Counted from the first letter of the stretch, positions 7,641 to 17,162 are shown. The stretch is DNA of 32,000 nucleotides from Chloroflexota bacterium (GCA_021778805.1 JAJYBV010000003.1:48542-80541), one strand, 5' to 3'. Notes: a model not told the origin generated them from the letters alone. Translations and numbers: made by a program.

Positions 7641-9131
7641 ATGAACCGACGCCATCGCCGCAAACACGCTGCACAGCAGCCACAATTAACCGCACAATCC
7701 ATTCAGGGAGTTCAGTGGCCCGAGCAAACTCCATTAAATAAACCATACCCCGAAATGCCCAACATATCCGCAAAAGCGCCGCCCGTCTACCAGTTGGGCG
7801 CGTCGGGAACCGCCATTTTCTCGGGCATTATTACCAACGAGGAATATAACCCCGATCTCTATTGGCGCGACGCGCAAAAAATATATGACCAAATGCTGCG
7901 CAACGATGGCCAAATAAACGCCGTGCGCACCGTGGTAGAACTGCCCATCCGCCAGGCAACGTGGAGCATTGAACCCGCTTCGCGTTCCCCGCGCGATATG
8001 GAAATAGCCAGCTTTGTGGAAACCGCGTTGTTTCATGATATGACGTATATCACAACGGAAGGCAACAAAATAACGCAAAAATGGGGCGATATTCTGCGCC
8101 ACGCCCTGATGAGCCTGTGGTATGGCTTTATGCCGTTTGAAATTAATTACCGCATCGATGACGGCTGGGTAAAATGGTCTCGATGGACGCCACTTTTGCC
8201 GCGCACCCTGTGGCGCTGGTGGGTAGGCGAAGATAATGAACTGGTGGGGGTGCAGCAGTGGACCTTCCGGAATTATTCTTATGAGTTTATTAACATTCCC
8301 GTTGAAAAATTACTGCTGTTCGTGCATCGCCAAGAAGGCAACAACTATGAAGGACTTCCGCTTCTGCGGCAAGCGTATAAGCACTGGTTTTATAAAACCC
8401 AATTTGAAAAAATAGACGCCATCGCCATGGAACGCGAAGCCGTTACCCCGCCTATCATCTATCTGCCGCCAAACCACACAGCCGCAGATGTGGATGCCGC
8501 ACAAGCCATTACGCAAAATCTGCGCGTGAATGAATCCATGGGGGTAACGCTGCCCGCAGGCTGGGACCTGATGTATCCCAAAAATTGGCAGAAATATGGC
8601 GCACAGCCGCTGCCCAGCATGCAGTATCACGATACGATGATAGCGCGGAACGTGCTGGCCCAATTTATTAACCTGGGTTCCACCGATACCGGCTCGTATG
8701 CGCTGGCAGATACCCAAGTGCAAATGTTTTTGCGCAGCTTGCAAACCATCGCCAACGATATCGCGGATGTTATTAATCTCGATGCGATACCGAAACTGAT
8801 CGACTACAACTATAATCAGGTTGCGGTCTATCCCAAACTGCGCTGCTCCAAGCTCGCGGCAGATATTACCATCTTATCTACCGCGCTGCAGCGGCTGGTC
8901 AATATGCCATCGCCGCTGATTTCCCCCGACGCGCAGCTGGAAGATTTTTTACGCGCAGAGCTTGGTTTGCCCACCGCGCCAAGCAGCCCGGTTACAAAAG
9001 TGAACCCAACCGCCGCGCGAAAACCAGCGCGGAAACTAGCCGCAGAACCGCGCAAAGACGCCATTGAATCTGCGCTTTATTCCCAAGAATATCGGAGGCG
9101 CAACTATGCGCGATGTGCGGCGCCGGCGTGA
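7641..9131 (+). CDS. portal protein (Mu gp29 / DUF935-like)
   Basis: 496 aa, located between terminase and the MuF-like gene; the motif region YWRDAQKIYDQMLRNDGQINAVRTVVELPIRQATWSIEP is typical of this portal family; GGAG RBS. Confidence 0.8.
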   Translation: MNRRHRRKHAAQQPQLTAQSIQGVQWPEQTPLNKPYPEMPNISAKAPPVYQLGASGTAIFSGIITNEEYNPDLYWRDAQKIYDQMLRNDGQINAVRTVVELPIRQATWSIEPASRSPRDMEIASFVETALFHDMTYITTEGNKITQKWGDILRHALMSLWYGFMPFEINYRIDDGWVKWSRWTPLLPRTLWRWWVGEDNELVGVQQWTFRNYSYEFINIPVEKLLLFVHRQEGNNYEGLPLLRQAYKHWFYKTQFEKIDAIAMEREAVTPPIIYLPPNHTAADVDAAQAITQNLRVNESMGVTLPAGWDLMYPKNWQKYGAQPLPSMQYHDTMIARNVLAQFINLGSTDTGSYALADTQVQMFLRSLQTIANDIADVINLDAIPKLIDYNYNQVAVYPKLRCSKLAADITILSTALQRLVNMPSPLISPDAQLEDFLRAELGLPTAPSSPVTKVNPTAARKPARKLAAEPRKDAIESALYSQEYRRRNYARCAAPA

Positions 9132-10182
9132 AACCGATCCGGAATATGTGCGGCTGCATACCGGCGGCGTTACCCTGCTGCGCCATTCGCTGCGCCGCTA
9201 TCTGCGCGACCTGATTGATGAAAACCCGCAGGCAAAATCGCTGTTTATTGCCCGCCACGCGGCGCTGATTGAAAACCTGTACCGCAAAGGCTATACCTTG
9301 GGGCAACAGCAATATTGGCGGCGTAGCTCTCATTTGCCGGCGCCGGCGACCGTAAAACAACCGCCGGATACGGCAAAACTAACGTTCTATACCGTTAGCG
9401 TACCAAAAATGGCCGAGCAGCTGCAATCTGCGCTACAGGCGCCGGCGGCGCTGGATGAATCGGCGGCCAAACAATGGGTTCAGCAAGCCGCAGTGCGTAT
9501 AGACCTTCAGGCAGATGTAGCGTGGTCTGGCGCGCAAGATGGCTATACGCAAATGGCGCTGGGCGATCCCGCGCGGCCATATAATTTCATCTATTGGATA
9601 TTAGATCCGGGCGCACAGCATTGCAGCGATTGCCCCGATTACGCCGCCGGTTCGCCATATGGCTGGCCCGGAAGCCACAACAATGAACTTTCTGCCACGC
9701 CCGGTGATGGCAGCACAGCGTGCGGCGCCGCCTGCAAATGCGATTTAGAATATGGCCCGGGGCCGGATGATGATATTGGCGATTGGTCGCCGCTGCAGCC
9801 GCCATCTTCCACCGAGCCGGGGTACACCACAACCCCGCTGGTCGTTCATCAGCCGCAAGCGCCGGCCCAAGAACTAACCAACAACCAAATCTATGCGCTC
9901 GATTCGTTTCGCCAAGCCGCAAACGAATGGGAACACTTGCAGCAGCGCTTCTTTTTGCCAGACCTTGGAACCTTATTTGCGCCGAACGCTGCGTTTTTAG
10001 AGCAAGACCTTACCGCAGCAGACCCCGCAATACGCAAAGCAATCCTAAAAATACTTACTGCCGTACAAAATTGGAGGGAAACAATGACCGATACCACAAC
10101 GCGCAGCTCACACCAAAGCAAACCACTCGGCAAAGCGCCAATAACGCGCACGAAACCCAGCAGCGGCAAAGGCAAAGCATGA
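9106..10182 (+). CDS. minor head / head morphogenesis protein (MuF, SPP1 gp7-like)
   Basis: ATG 9106 with GGAGG 7 nt upstream (ORF track starts at TTG 9064). Cys cluster HCSDCPDY...CGAACKC is typical of MuF-family C-terminal regions. Position directly after portal. Confidence 0.65.
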   Translation: MRDVRRRRETDPEYVRLHTGGVTLLRHSLRRYLRDLIDENPQAKSLFIARHAALIENLYRKGYTLGQQQYWRRSSHLPAPATVKQPPDTAKLTFYTVSVPKMAEQLQSALQAPAALDESAAKQWVQQAAVRIDLQADVAWSGAQDGYTQMALGDPARPYNFIYWILDPGAQHCSDCPDYAAGSPYGWPGSHNNELSATPGDGSTACGAACKCDLEYGPGPDDDIGDWSPLQPPSSTEPGYTTTPLVVHQPQAPAQELTNNQIYALDSFRQAANEWEHLQQRFFLPDLGTLFAPNAAFLEQDLTAADPAIRKAILKILTAVQNWRETMTDTTTRSSHQSKPLGKAPITRTKPSSGKGKA

Positions 10183-11801
10183 AACAATTCGATGTATTCA
10201 AATGGCTCTCTCAGCCCATTGCGCTGGCAGAATCGCGCAGCAGCTGGATAATGGTTATGCCCCTTGGGACCTTTCATCATCCCTTGTATGGAACCTTAAC
10301 CTTTTCGCGCGCAAAACTGGCCGCATTTCAGCGTAATTTTGATGCGCGAGTGCGCAAAATTGATATCGCGCTGGATGTCGATCACAAAGCCGGCACCAGC
10401 GATTCACGCGCGGCCGGATGGATACGCAAGCTGGCGTTCCGCCCAGCGCAATCTAATCCACCTGCCCTTGCAGGATTATATGCGCACATTGCATGGACCC
10501 CTTACGGCCGCAGCCTGATTGAAAAAAAGGAATATCGCTATTTTTCACCGGAATTTGGCGAGTATACCGATGAAATATCAGGGAAAAAATATTCCAACGT
10601 GCTCATTGGCGGCGCGCTGACAAACCGCCCGTTCCTGAAGATCATGCCCCCGGTGCAGCTGGCAGAACAAGTCAGCTGGAAACCATGGGGAAGCATTGAT
10701 AAAGCAAACTTGCCTGCCGCGTGTTTTTTGCTGGTGGGGAACAGCGCCAAAAAATCTACTTGGAAACTGCCAATCTACGAAGCGAACAACGGAAAACGCG
10801 GCAAATTAAACGGCAACGCGGTAAAAGCCGCTTACGCTGCGCTGCATGGGGCGCGAACTGGCGTACCAATGCGTGTGCCGCCAGCTGTGCGCCAAACCAT
10901 AGAGCGCCTGTACAAAAAATTATTTGGGGATACAACAAGCATGGATACACACACAAAAGCAATTTTAACGGAAATTCTCCGCAAACTTGCCGAGCTGAAC
11001 CAAGGGCAAGATGATGAGGATGCGTTTGAGGATGTCAAGCAGTTTTTTGCCGACCGGAAAAAAGCCGGCAAAGCAAAGAAACCGCAAGATGACGACGACG
11101 ACGACGCAGAAGATGATGATGAGGATGGCGATGAGGATGAAGAAGAGAACGACCCGGAAGATGATGACGGCGCCGATGAGGATGGCGATGACGGCGAAGA
11201 AGCAGATGAACCAAAAGCGGCGGCAAAACACCGCGCGCGCCACAGCCGAAGCCATACCACAAAACGCAGACCGAAAAAAGCGTTTGATCCGGCAATGGGC
11301 AAAACGCTGGCAGAGCAGCAACAGCGCTTAGCGGAAATGGAAATGAAGCTGTACGAAAACGAAATAGACGCCGTGCTGCGTGGCTGGGAAACCGGTAAAA
11401 ACCTTTCGTTTGCAACAACCCAAAGTGCAATTATACCGAAAACAAGGGATATTGCCGGCGTTACCCAACGGCGCCGCACAAAGGTGCAGCTTACACCTAA
11501 AAGCGCGTTGGCCATTCGCAGCTTTATGTTGGATGAAGCCTTTGAACTGGATGAAAAAGCGCGCGGCAAACTGCTGGATTTGATTCAAACCCTGTTATCC
11601 GAAAGCTTTGTAGAAACAGGGGCGCGCGGCGGCAGCTTCGATCAGGAATCGCGCTGGAGCATGAAAGATACCGAAGGCAGTGTTTTAGCCGAAGTTGCCA
11701 CCCAATTGGCGGCAAAAGACCACAAAACATTGGACGATCTGTCTTCGGATGAGCAGTTAGCCTATTACGTAAAAGCTGAAAAAATACTTACAGCCCAATA
11801 G
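10179..11801 (+). CDS. prohead protease-scaffold fusion protein (Mu gpI-like) with poly-acidic linker
   Basis: ATGA overlap with the upstream stop. MKQFDVFKW...IALDVDHKAGTSDSRAAGWIRKL...YRYFSPEF matches Mu-like prophage protein I motifs. D/E-only tract encoded about 11088-11210. The long ORF 9783..11801 has its N-terminal 132 codons inside the upstream gene. Confidence 0.75.
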   Translation: MKQFDVFKWLSQPIALAESRSSWIMVMPLGTFHHPLYGTLTFSRAKLAAFQRNFDARVRKIDIALDVDHKAGTSDSRAAGWIRKLAFRPAQSNPPALAGLYAHIAWTPYGRSLIEKKEYRYFSPEFGEYTDEISGKKYSNVLIGGALTNRPFLKIMPPVQLAEQVSWKPWGSIDKANLPAACFLLVGNSAKKSTWKLPIYEANNGKRGKLNGNAVKAAYAALHGARTGVPMRVPPAVRQTIERLYKKLFGDTTSMDTHTKAILTEILRKLAELNQGQDDEDAFEDVKQFFADRKKAGKAKKPQDDDDDDAEDDDEDGDEDEEENDPEDDDGADEDGDDGEEADEPKAAAKHRARHSRSHTTKRRPKKAFDPAMGKTLAEQQQRLAEMEMKLYENEIDAVLRGWETGKNLSFATTQSAIIPKTRDIAGVTQRRRTKVQLTPKSALAIRSFMLDEAFELDEKARGKLLDLIQTLLSESFVETGARGGSFDQESRWSMKDTEGSVLAEVATQLAAKDHKTLDDLSSDEQLAYYVKAEKILTAQ

Positions 11802-11828
11802 GAAAGATATACAAGGAGGTTCTTCGGT

Positions 11829-12287
11829 ATGGCTTTTGAAGTTGATACCTTGCAAGATTTTAGCTTTCGCGCCAGCGCAAACGTTACGGCGCTTACGTGG
11901 GCCGGCAATCCGCCAACCTACAGCGGAGGCGGCATTCCCCAATATTATGTGGTTACCCCCGATGTAACAACCGGTAACGCCGAAGATATTATTGTTGCCA
12001 TCAGCACAACCGTTCAGCCGCTGGGCATTGCGCAAGACGCGCCAGCCTCGGGTCCGGGCCAAAGTGTGCGCGTGCGCACCGGCGGTGTGAGTAAAGCGAT
12101 TGCCGGGGGCGCCATCAGCTATGGCGACCTTTTAATGGTAAACGCTTCGGGGCAGGTTGTTACCGCTACCGCTGCTGGCGCCACAAACTTTTTTCTGATT
12201 GGCCGCGCCCTTACAGCTGCCGCAGAAATCGGCGACGTTATTAGCGTGATGATCGAGATCGGCGCAACACAATACATTAATGCGTAA
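11829..12287 (+). CDS. head decoration-like protein (DUF2190-type guess)
   Basis: 152 aa, strong AAGGAGG RBS, immediately upstream of the major capsid gene, Gly/Ala/Val-rich beta-type sequence. Confidence 0.5.
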   Translation: MAFEVDTLQDFSFRASANVTALTWAGNPPTYSGGGIPQYYVVTPDVTTGNAEDIIVAISTTVQPLGIAQDAPASGPGQSVRVRTGGVSKAIAGGAISYGDLLMVNASGQVVTATAAGATNFFLIGRALTAAAEIGDVISVMIEIGATQYINA

Positions 12288-12289
12288 CC

Positions 12290-12324
12290 AGCGCCGGCCT
12301 TTCAGGGCCGGTGAGGAATGAAAC
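12290..12324 (+). repeat. solitary CRISPR-repeat-like unit D
   Basis: AGCGCCGGCCTTTCAGGGCCGGTGAGGAATGAAAC; 3 nt after the decoration gene stop, 27 nt before the major capsid ATG. Confidence 0.65.
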
Positions 12325-12350
12325 AAAGAACATACAATACGAGGTGAAAT

Positions 12351-13334
12351 ATGCCGGGACAAGCGCCAGCAAATATGACAAGCCGCAGTGTACACCAGAG
12401 TATACCGCTGACGAATTTAAGTATTGGCTATCATCCTACTGGAATGATAGCTGAAAAGGTTTTTAGCGTTTTCAAAGTGAAAAAAGAAAACGACAACTAT
12501 TATAAATGGGATAAAGGGCAAGCCTTCCGCGTAGATAGAACCGATGGCTATGGCACGCTGCGCGCCGATAGATCACGCCCAAAACGCCGCAACTACGGCG
12601 CAACCGAAGCCGGCTATGTTGCGGAAGAATTCGCGCTGGAAACCGGCATCAGCGACCGGGAATATAGCAACGCTGATAGCGCGTTGCAATTAGAGCTTTC
12701 CAAAACACGCCGCGTGCAAGATGAAATTCTGCTGGATCAAGAAATTCGTGTGGCTGCTACCTGCCTGAACATCGCAAATAATGCCGGCTCTATTACCCTC
12801 AGCGGAACAAGCCAATGGAATAACGCCGGATTTGTCAGCCAAACTAGCGGCCAGCATTCCGCCATTTATGGCGAATTTGAAGCCGGAAAAGACACAATCC
12901 GCAAAAATACCGGCGGATTGTTTCCCAACACCGTGGTTATTCCCTATAGCGTGGCAGCCATTATGAAAAATGACCCCGGCTTGGAGGATCTGGTGAAATA
13001 TACGCACCCCGATTTGATGGAACAAGGGCTGCTGCCGCGCACCCTGTGGGGCATGCGCGTGCTGATACCAACGGTGGTATATACCACTTCTGTTGAAGGC
13101 GAACCATATGTGGGCAATGATGTATGGGGAAAAAATGTGTGGATGGGGTATATCAATCCCGAACCCGGCTTAGACATCCTAACGTATGGATTGATTTTAC
13201 GCGCGCGCGAATGGCAAGTGAAAAGCTATCGGGTTGAAGAAGAAGATTCTACCATCTTCCGGCCGAGCATTCTTCAGGCAGAAGCGTTAATCGCCGCCGA
13301 TTGCGGCTATCTGATACAGTCTGCTATCGCATAA
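12351..13334 (+). CDS. major capsid protein
   Basis: 327 aa, position after protease-scaffold and decoration genes; N-terminal region (NLSIGYHPTGMIAEKVFSVFKVKKENDNYYKWDKG) resembles lambda gpE-type major capsid proteins. Confidence 0.8.
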   Translation: MPGQAPANMTSRSVHQSIPLTNLSIGYHPTGMIAEKVFSVFKVKKENDNYYKWDKGQAFRVDRTDGYGTLRADRSRPKRRNYGATEAGYVAEEFALETGISDREYSNADSALQLELSKTRRVQDEILLDQEIRVAATCLNIANNAGSITLSGTSQWNNAGFVSQTSGQHSAIYGEFEAGKDTIRKNTGGLFPNTVVIPYSVAAIMKNDPGLEDLVKYTHPDLMEQGLLPRTLWGMRVLIPTVVYTTSVEGEPYVGNDVWGKNVWMGYINPEPGLDILTYGLILRAREWQVKSYRVEEEDSTIFRPSILQAEALIAADCGYLIQSAIA

Positions 13335-13362
13335 GGAGCGAGGCTACAAGGAGTTGCAAAAA

Positions 13363-13653
13363 ATGGAAGAAATATACGTGGAAGAATTATATGCGGCGGC
13401 GCCCATTCGGCACGACGGAAAGATGTTTCATCAGGGCGAGCGGTTCCCAACGGACGATTTGGCTCCGGCAACCATCGCGCAGCTGAAGGCGGTAAAAGCA
13501 ATTGCATCTGCCGTTGAAGTTGCCCCGTATGCGCTGGTCGAACAAACGTATGCGCTGCAAGCCGAAAACACTACGCTGCGCGCCGAGCTTGAAGCGCTGC
13601 GCAGCCAACTGCCACGGCAAACACGCAAACAAAGCGCCGATTCCGCAGAATAA
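13363..13653 (+). CDS. hypothetical small coiled-coil protein
   Basis: ATG 13363 with AAGGAG 9 nt upstream (ORF track 13354..13653). Confidence 0.55.
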   Translation: MEEIYVEELYAAAPIRHDGKMFHQGERFPTDDLAPATIAQLKAVKAIASAVEVAPYALVEQTYALQAENTTLRAELEALRSQLPRQTRKQSADSAE

Positions 13654-13668
13654 CTTGGAGTACCGCAT

Positions 13669-14232
13669 ATGGCAGGATTACCGCCAACAATAACCGACGC
13701 AACCGTTATCTTAACGTTTGGCGCAGGCGGCGTGTATTATGGCTACTGCGAAATTGTGGATGTGCTGTTTGAATTCCCGAACAAAGCGGCGTATGTTACC
13801 CTAACAAACAGCGTTGTGGCGCAGGAAATTACCTACGCCGCGCAAGAATTGCAGCAGCGCATTGATACCGTATATGTTATGCCCTATCTTGGATCCGACG
13901 CTGGCATTACCCTTACCTTGCGCGAAATCAACGCCAAATTGGCGACCGCAAATCTCATCGATAGATATTTTCAAGGGGCAGAGCCAGATATGTCCCCCGC
14001 GGCGGCGGAACGGCGTTCCTATGCCGAACTGCGCATATTAGACATTGTCAACGGCATAGACCGCTGGGGTCCGGAGGTCGGTTCAGACGCCCAGCCGCGC
14101 GGCATGCTGCCGCAATATCAAATTAGCGCCGGCGCTACTATATTGCCGGATCCAAATTCAATGGATCCGCGTGACGCCAAACCGGTGTTCAGCATGGGGC
14201 TTTCGCGCTTCCGGCAAAACGACATCATGTAA
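13669..14232 (+). CDS. head-tail connector candidate (Mu gp36/DUF1320-like, by position)
   Basis: 187 aa, follows the capsid gene, GGAG RBS. Confidence 0.45.
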   Translation: MAGLPPTITDATVILTFGAGGVYYGYCEIVDVLFEFPNKAAYVTLTNSVVAQEITYAAQELQQRIDTVYVMPYLGSDAGITLTLREINAKLATANLIDRYFQGAEPDMSPAAAERRSYAELRILDIVNGIDRWGPEVGSDAQPRGMLPQYQISAGATILPDPNSMDPRDAKPVFSMGLSRFRQNDIM

Positions 14233-14244
14233 AGAGGAAGCAGC

Positions 14245-14460
14245 ATGACGCATCACATCCATTCTGCGCACGCGCACCCATTGCATGGGCACACAACCCG
14301 GCAGGCGCACCCGGCGCATGCGCGGCACGGGCACACACACGCCGGCGCAACACACCATAAACAACCGGGTATGCATGGCCGCGCCGGGCGTGAGGCGCTG
14401 GCGTTCGGCGCCACCATCGATCCGTTTCATCACAAAGGGCAAGCAAAACACCAAGGATAA
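14245..14460 (+). CDS. histidine-rich small protein
   Basis: 71-aa ORF that exactly fills the gap between flanking genes; RBS AGAGGAAG; about one residue in four is His (MTHHIHSAHAHPLHGHTTRQAHPAHARHGHTHAGATHHK...). Confidence 0.5.
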   Translation: MTHHIHSAHAHPLHGHTTRQAHPAHARHGHTHAGATHHKQPGMHGRAGREALAFGATIDPFHHKGQAKHQG

Positions 14461-14463
14461 ACT

Positions 14464-14964
14464 ATGGGACAATATGGATTCGTAACGCTGCAAGTTACCG
14501 GCGCAGCGGCAAAGCGGCGAAAATTTGCCACATGGGGCGAAACCATCCATTCGCTGGCGCCGGCGTGGGAATTGATAGCGGAAGATTTGCGGAATGACGC
14601 GGCAAATCAGTTTACGGCTGAAGGCGGCGTTTTTCGCACGGGCCACTGGGCGCCCCTTCGGCCGGCGACGGTAAAAGACCGGCAGCGCAAAGGTTACCCC
14701 GGCGCGCATCCCATTTTACAGCGCCGCGGCGATTTACTGCAATCGTTAACACAACAAGGCGCCACAGGGCACACCGAAGAAATAACCGCTACATCCTTAA
14801 CCTTTGGAACACGCTACCCAACCGCGGCGTTTCATCAATTTGGCACACGCAAAATGGCGGCGCGGCAAATTTTGGGTATTAGTTGGCAGCGGCAATCGGG
14901 TATTGTACAGCGGCTGAATGAATATATTCAGCAAACGATACGCGGGGCAGGATTGCAAGCATGA
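14464..14964 (+). CDS. virion morphogenesis protein (Mu gpG-like tail completion family)
   Basis: Motifs HWAPLRPATVKDRQRKGYPGAHPILQRRGDLLQSLT and AAFHQFGT are typical of this family. Confidence 0.7.
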   Translation: MGQYGFVTLQVTGAAAKRRKFATWGETIHSLAPAWELIAEDLRNDAANQFTAEGGVFRTGHWAPLRPATVKDRQRKGYPGAHPILQRRGDLLQSLTQQGATGHTEEITATSLTFGTRYPTAAFHQFGTRKMAARQILGISWQRQSGIVQRLNEYIQQTIRGAGLQA

Positions 14965-15449
14965 TAAAAAAACTTGGCGCGGCGGCGCAAACTGCGCTGG
15001 CAAATACGCTGAACACAAACATCAACACGCAAATAGACGCCGTAGCGGCAGCCTGGAATGATGGTATTCCGCTGCCGCATATTACAAACATTTATGCCGG
15101 CTACCGCACCGTCATCGGGGAGTATCCCGCTATTGTGGTGAACGCACAAAAAGGGAAACAAACCGCCAATGGCGCATCCCTTTGGGCTGAAATAGACCAT
15201 ATTGTTGAAATTACCGTCATTGTTCAAGCTGACGACGCGCCAACACTCGACGCGCAAATACAGCGATACTTGGTGGCCATTTGGCAAGTTCTTATGCAAA
15301 ATCAGCAGCTTGACGGCTCACTAAGCGGATTAGCGGGCGTAGACCCGATGGAATATGGCCGCAGCGGCATGTACCCGCTGGAAAAATCGACGCTGCTTAT
15401 GGAAGCCGCTGCCTGGAGTGTAACAGTGCATGTAATTGAAAGCGTATAA
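14961..15449 (+). CDS. neck / tail-terminator candidate (by position)
   Basis: 162 aa, ATGA overlap with the upstream gene. Confidence 0.45.
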   Translation: MIKKLGAAAQTALANTLNTNINTQIDAVAAAWNDGIPLPHITNIYAGYRTVIGEYPAIVVNAQKGKQTANGASLWAEIDHIVEITVIVQADDAPTLDAQIQRYLVAIWQVLMQNQQLDGSLSGLAGVDPMEYGRSGMYPLEKSTLLMEAAAWSVTVHVIESV

Positions 15450-15474
15450 CATCAAAAAATAAGGAGCTGCAGAT

Positions 15475-16734
15475 ATGCCGATAACTGCGATTCGCGAGAA
15501 TCAATATTATATTGGGTTGGGAAAACAAACCGGATGGGGCGTTCCCTCTGCGAGTACAAATATATTTTGGCGCTGGTTAGATGGAACAGACGCCAACCCG
15601 GAAATAAAGATGCAGCAAGAATACCAAGGGGATACGCTGCCATTTGAAACGCTCATCTACAAAGAGAGCCAGCATTGGGTTATTAAGGTAAAAGAATACG
15701 CGCGGCCAATTACCGCCGGCTTTGCCCTGCATGCGCTGCTGGGGTCATATTCCGATTCGTATATGGCGCCCATTGCGCAAACCAGTTTGTCTCTTGGCGT
15801 TGGGCCGGGCGCCACCAGCATAGAAGTTGCCGCAAACTTGGGAAATTTGGGAACCCTTGCTGTCATGCTGGATGCAGGCTTAGTAACTACGGGAACACCC
15901 GAAGTGGTTACCCTGAATTTAGCCAGCGTAACCGGAGCCGGACCCTATACCTACACCTTAAGCACTGGCGCCGTGCAAAATATGCACCTAAGCAACGCCG
16001 CTGTTATCAGCGCGAGCACGCATACCCTTACCCGCCAGCCACTAACGTATGATCCGTATACCATCTTCACATCATTTAACGCCGCCGGCAATCTTGAATT
16101 CGATATCCAAGATTGCGCCTGTGTAGAAATGAAAATTACCGGCGAAAAAGGCAAACCGATAGTGTTGGAGCATACATGGTATGGCTCGCTGGCCACTAAG
16201 AATTCCACCCTGTCATCTCCCTTTTTTGAAGGACAAAATGTGATTGGTTCGCCGGGGTCGCCGTTTCTGTTTTACCAAGGCGCCGCAAATTGGCTGGTAG
16301 ATGGTTTATCGACAGGCAACGCCCTAACGGTAACGAAATTTGAAATCGACATTAAAAATTCTACGGGCGCGGAAGATATGCAAAGTGAAGCGCTGAACCC
16401 CAATTATTTTCTGCCGGGCAACGCAAAAATAACGGGAACCATTTCCGTTTTGTTTCAAAATTACAACCAATACCTTGAAACGTATTTTGGCGGAACAGCC
16501 AATACCCAAGATAGCTATTTAGTGGGTTTAGGCTCTTTCAACGCTAAATTTGTGTCAGACCCCATTGATAGCTTGGCGCTTGGGCTGCCTTACGTAAACT
16601 ATACTGCCGCAAAAATTACCCCCAAACTGGATGGTAAGCCATTGCCGCAAAATTTGGTGTTTACGGCGTCGGCGCCATTGGCAAACGCCGTTCCATTTAC
16701 GGCGACCCTCACCAATACGAATGGGAGATATTAG
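15475..16734 (+). CDS. major tail protein
   Basis: 419 aa, AAGGAG RBS, immediately upstream of the chaperone pair and tape measure gene. Confidence 0.65.
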   Translation: MPITAIRENQYYIGLGKQTGWGVPSASTNIFWRWLDGTDANPEIKMQQEYQGDTLPFETLIYKESQHWVIKVKEYARPITAGFALHALLGSYSDSYMAPIAQTSLSLGVGPGATSIEVAANLGNLGTLAVMLDAGLVTTGTPEVVTLNLASVTGAGPYTYTLSTGAVQNMHLSNAAVISASTHTLTRQPLTYDPYTIFTSFNAAGNLEFDIQDCACVEMKITGEKGKPIVLEHTWYGSLATKNSTLSSPFFEGQNVIGSPGSPFLFYQGAANWLVDGLSTGNALTVTKFEIDIKNSTGAEDMQSEALNPNYFLPGNAKITGTISVLFQNYNQYLETYFGGTANTQDSYLVGLGSFNAKFVSDPIDSLALGLPYVNYTAAKITPKLDGKPLPQNLVFTASAPLANAVPFTATLTNTNGRY

Positions 16735-16739
16735 CGCAC

Positions 16740-17162
16740 ATGGCAGATGGAATAAATTTCGACACAATTGTAGAACAGCGCTATACCTTTACCAAAAATG
16801 GGAAAAGCTATGAGCTGAGCGACGCCATACCCGCGGATGTTATGATTGAAGGTTTGGCGCTGAAAAACGCAATGGACCAAGTAACGCGCGGTGGGCAGCA
16901 GGAAGAACAGCTGCTGAAATTACAAGAGCTGCAGCGGCTATCTACCAACATTGCGTTAAAAATATTTCAGCGCAGTGTGCCGGAGATGACGGCGCTGCTG
17001 CTGGAAGAAACATTTGATATTGATGAGCGGCTGCAAATTATTGCTTTTTTTTTGAGCCACCCTGGCAAAAAGTATGCCATGCGGCAGAACACTTTGAATC
17101 AGAAACCGCAGGCGCCATCGACGCAGCAGATATACCGCAAGCGACCGAATCGGCGCAGCTAG
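16740..17162 (+). CDS. tail assembly chaperone (gpG-like)
   Basis: 140 aa, located between the major tail and tape measure genes. Confidence 0.7.
   Translation: MADGINFDTIVEQRYTFTKNGKSYELSDAIPADVMIEGLALKNAMDQVTRGGQQEEQLLKLQELQRLSTNIALKIFQRSVPEMTALLLEETFDIDERLQIIAFFLSHPGKKYAMRQNTLNQKPQAPSTQQIYRKRPNRRS

Noticed and set aside
9412-9423. 12-nt identity between spacer 37 and the MuF-like gene (GCCGAGCAGCTG), and an 11-nt identity between spacer 78 and 12106-12116
   Set aside because: Matches of this length are expected by chance, given about 98 spacers x 21 kb x 2 strands. There is no extension beyond the core.
10832-11569. 245-aa minus-strand Ser-rich ORF and other long antisense ORFs in the scaffold gene
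   Set aside because: It is the mirror image of the GAT/GAA acidic tract of the plus-strand gene. This is a typical GC-rich shadow ORF.
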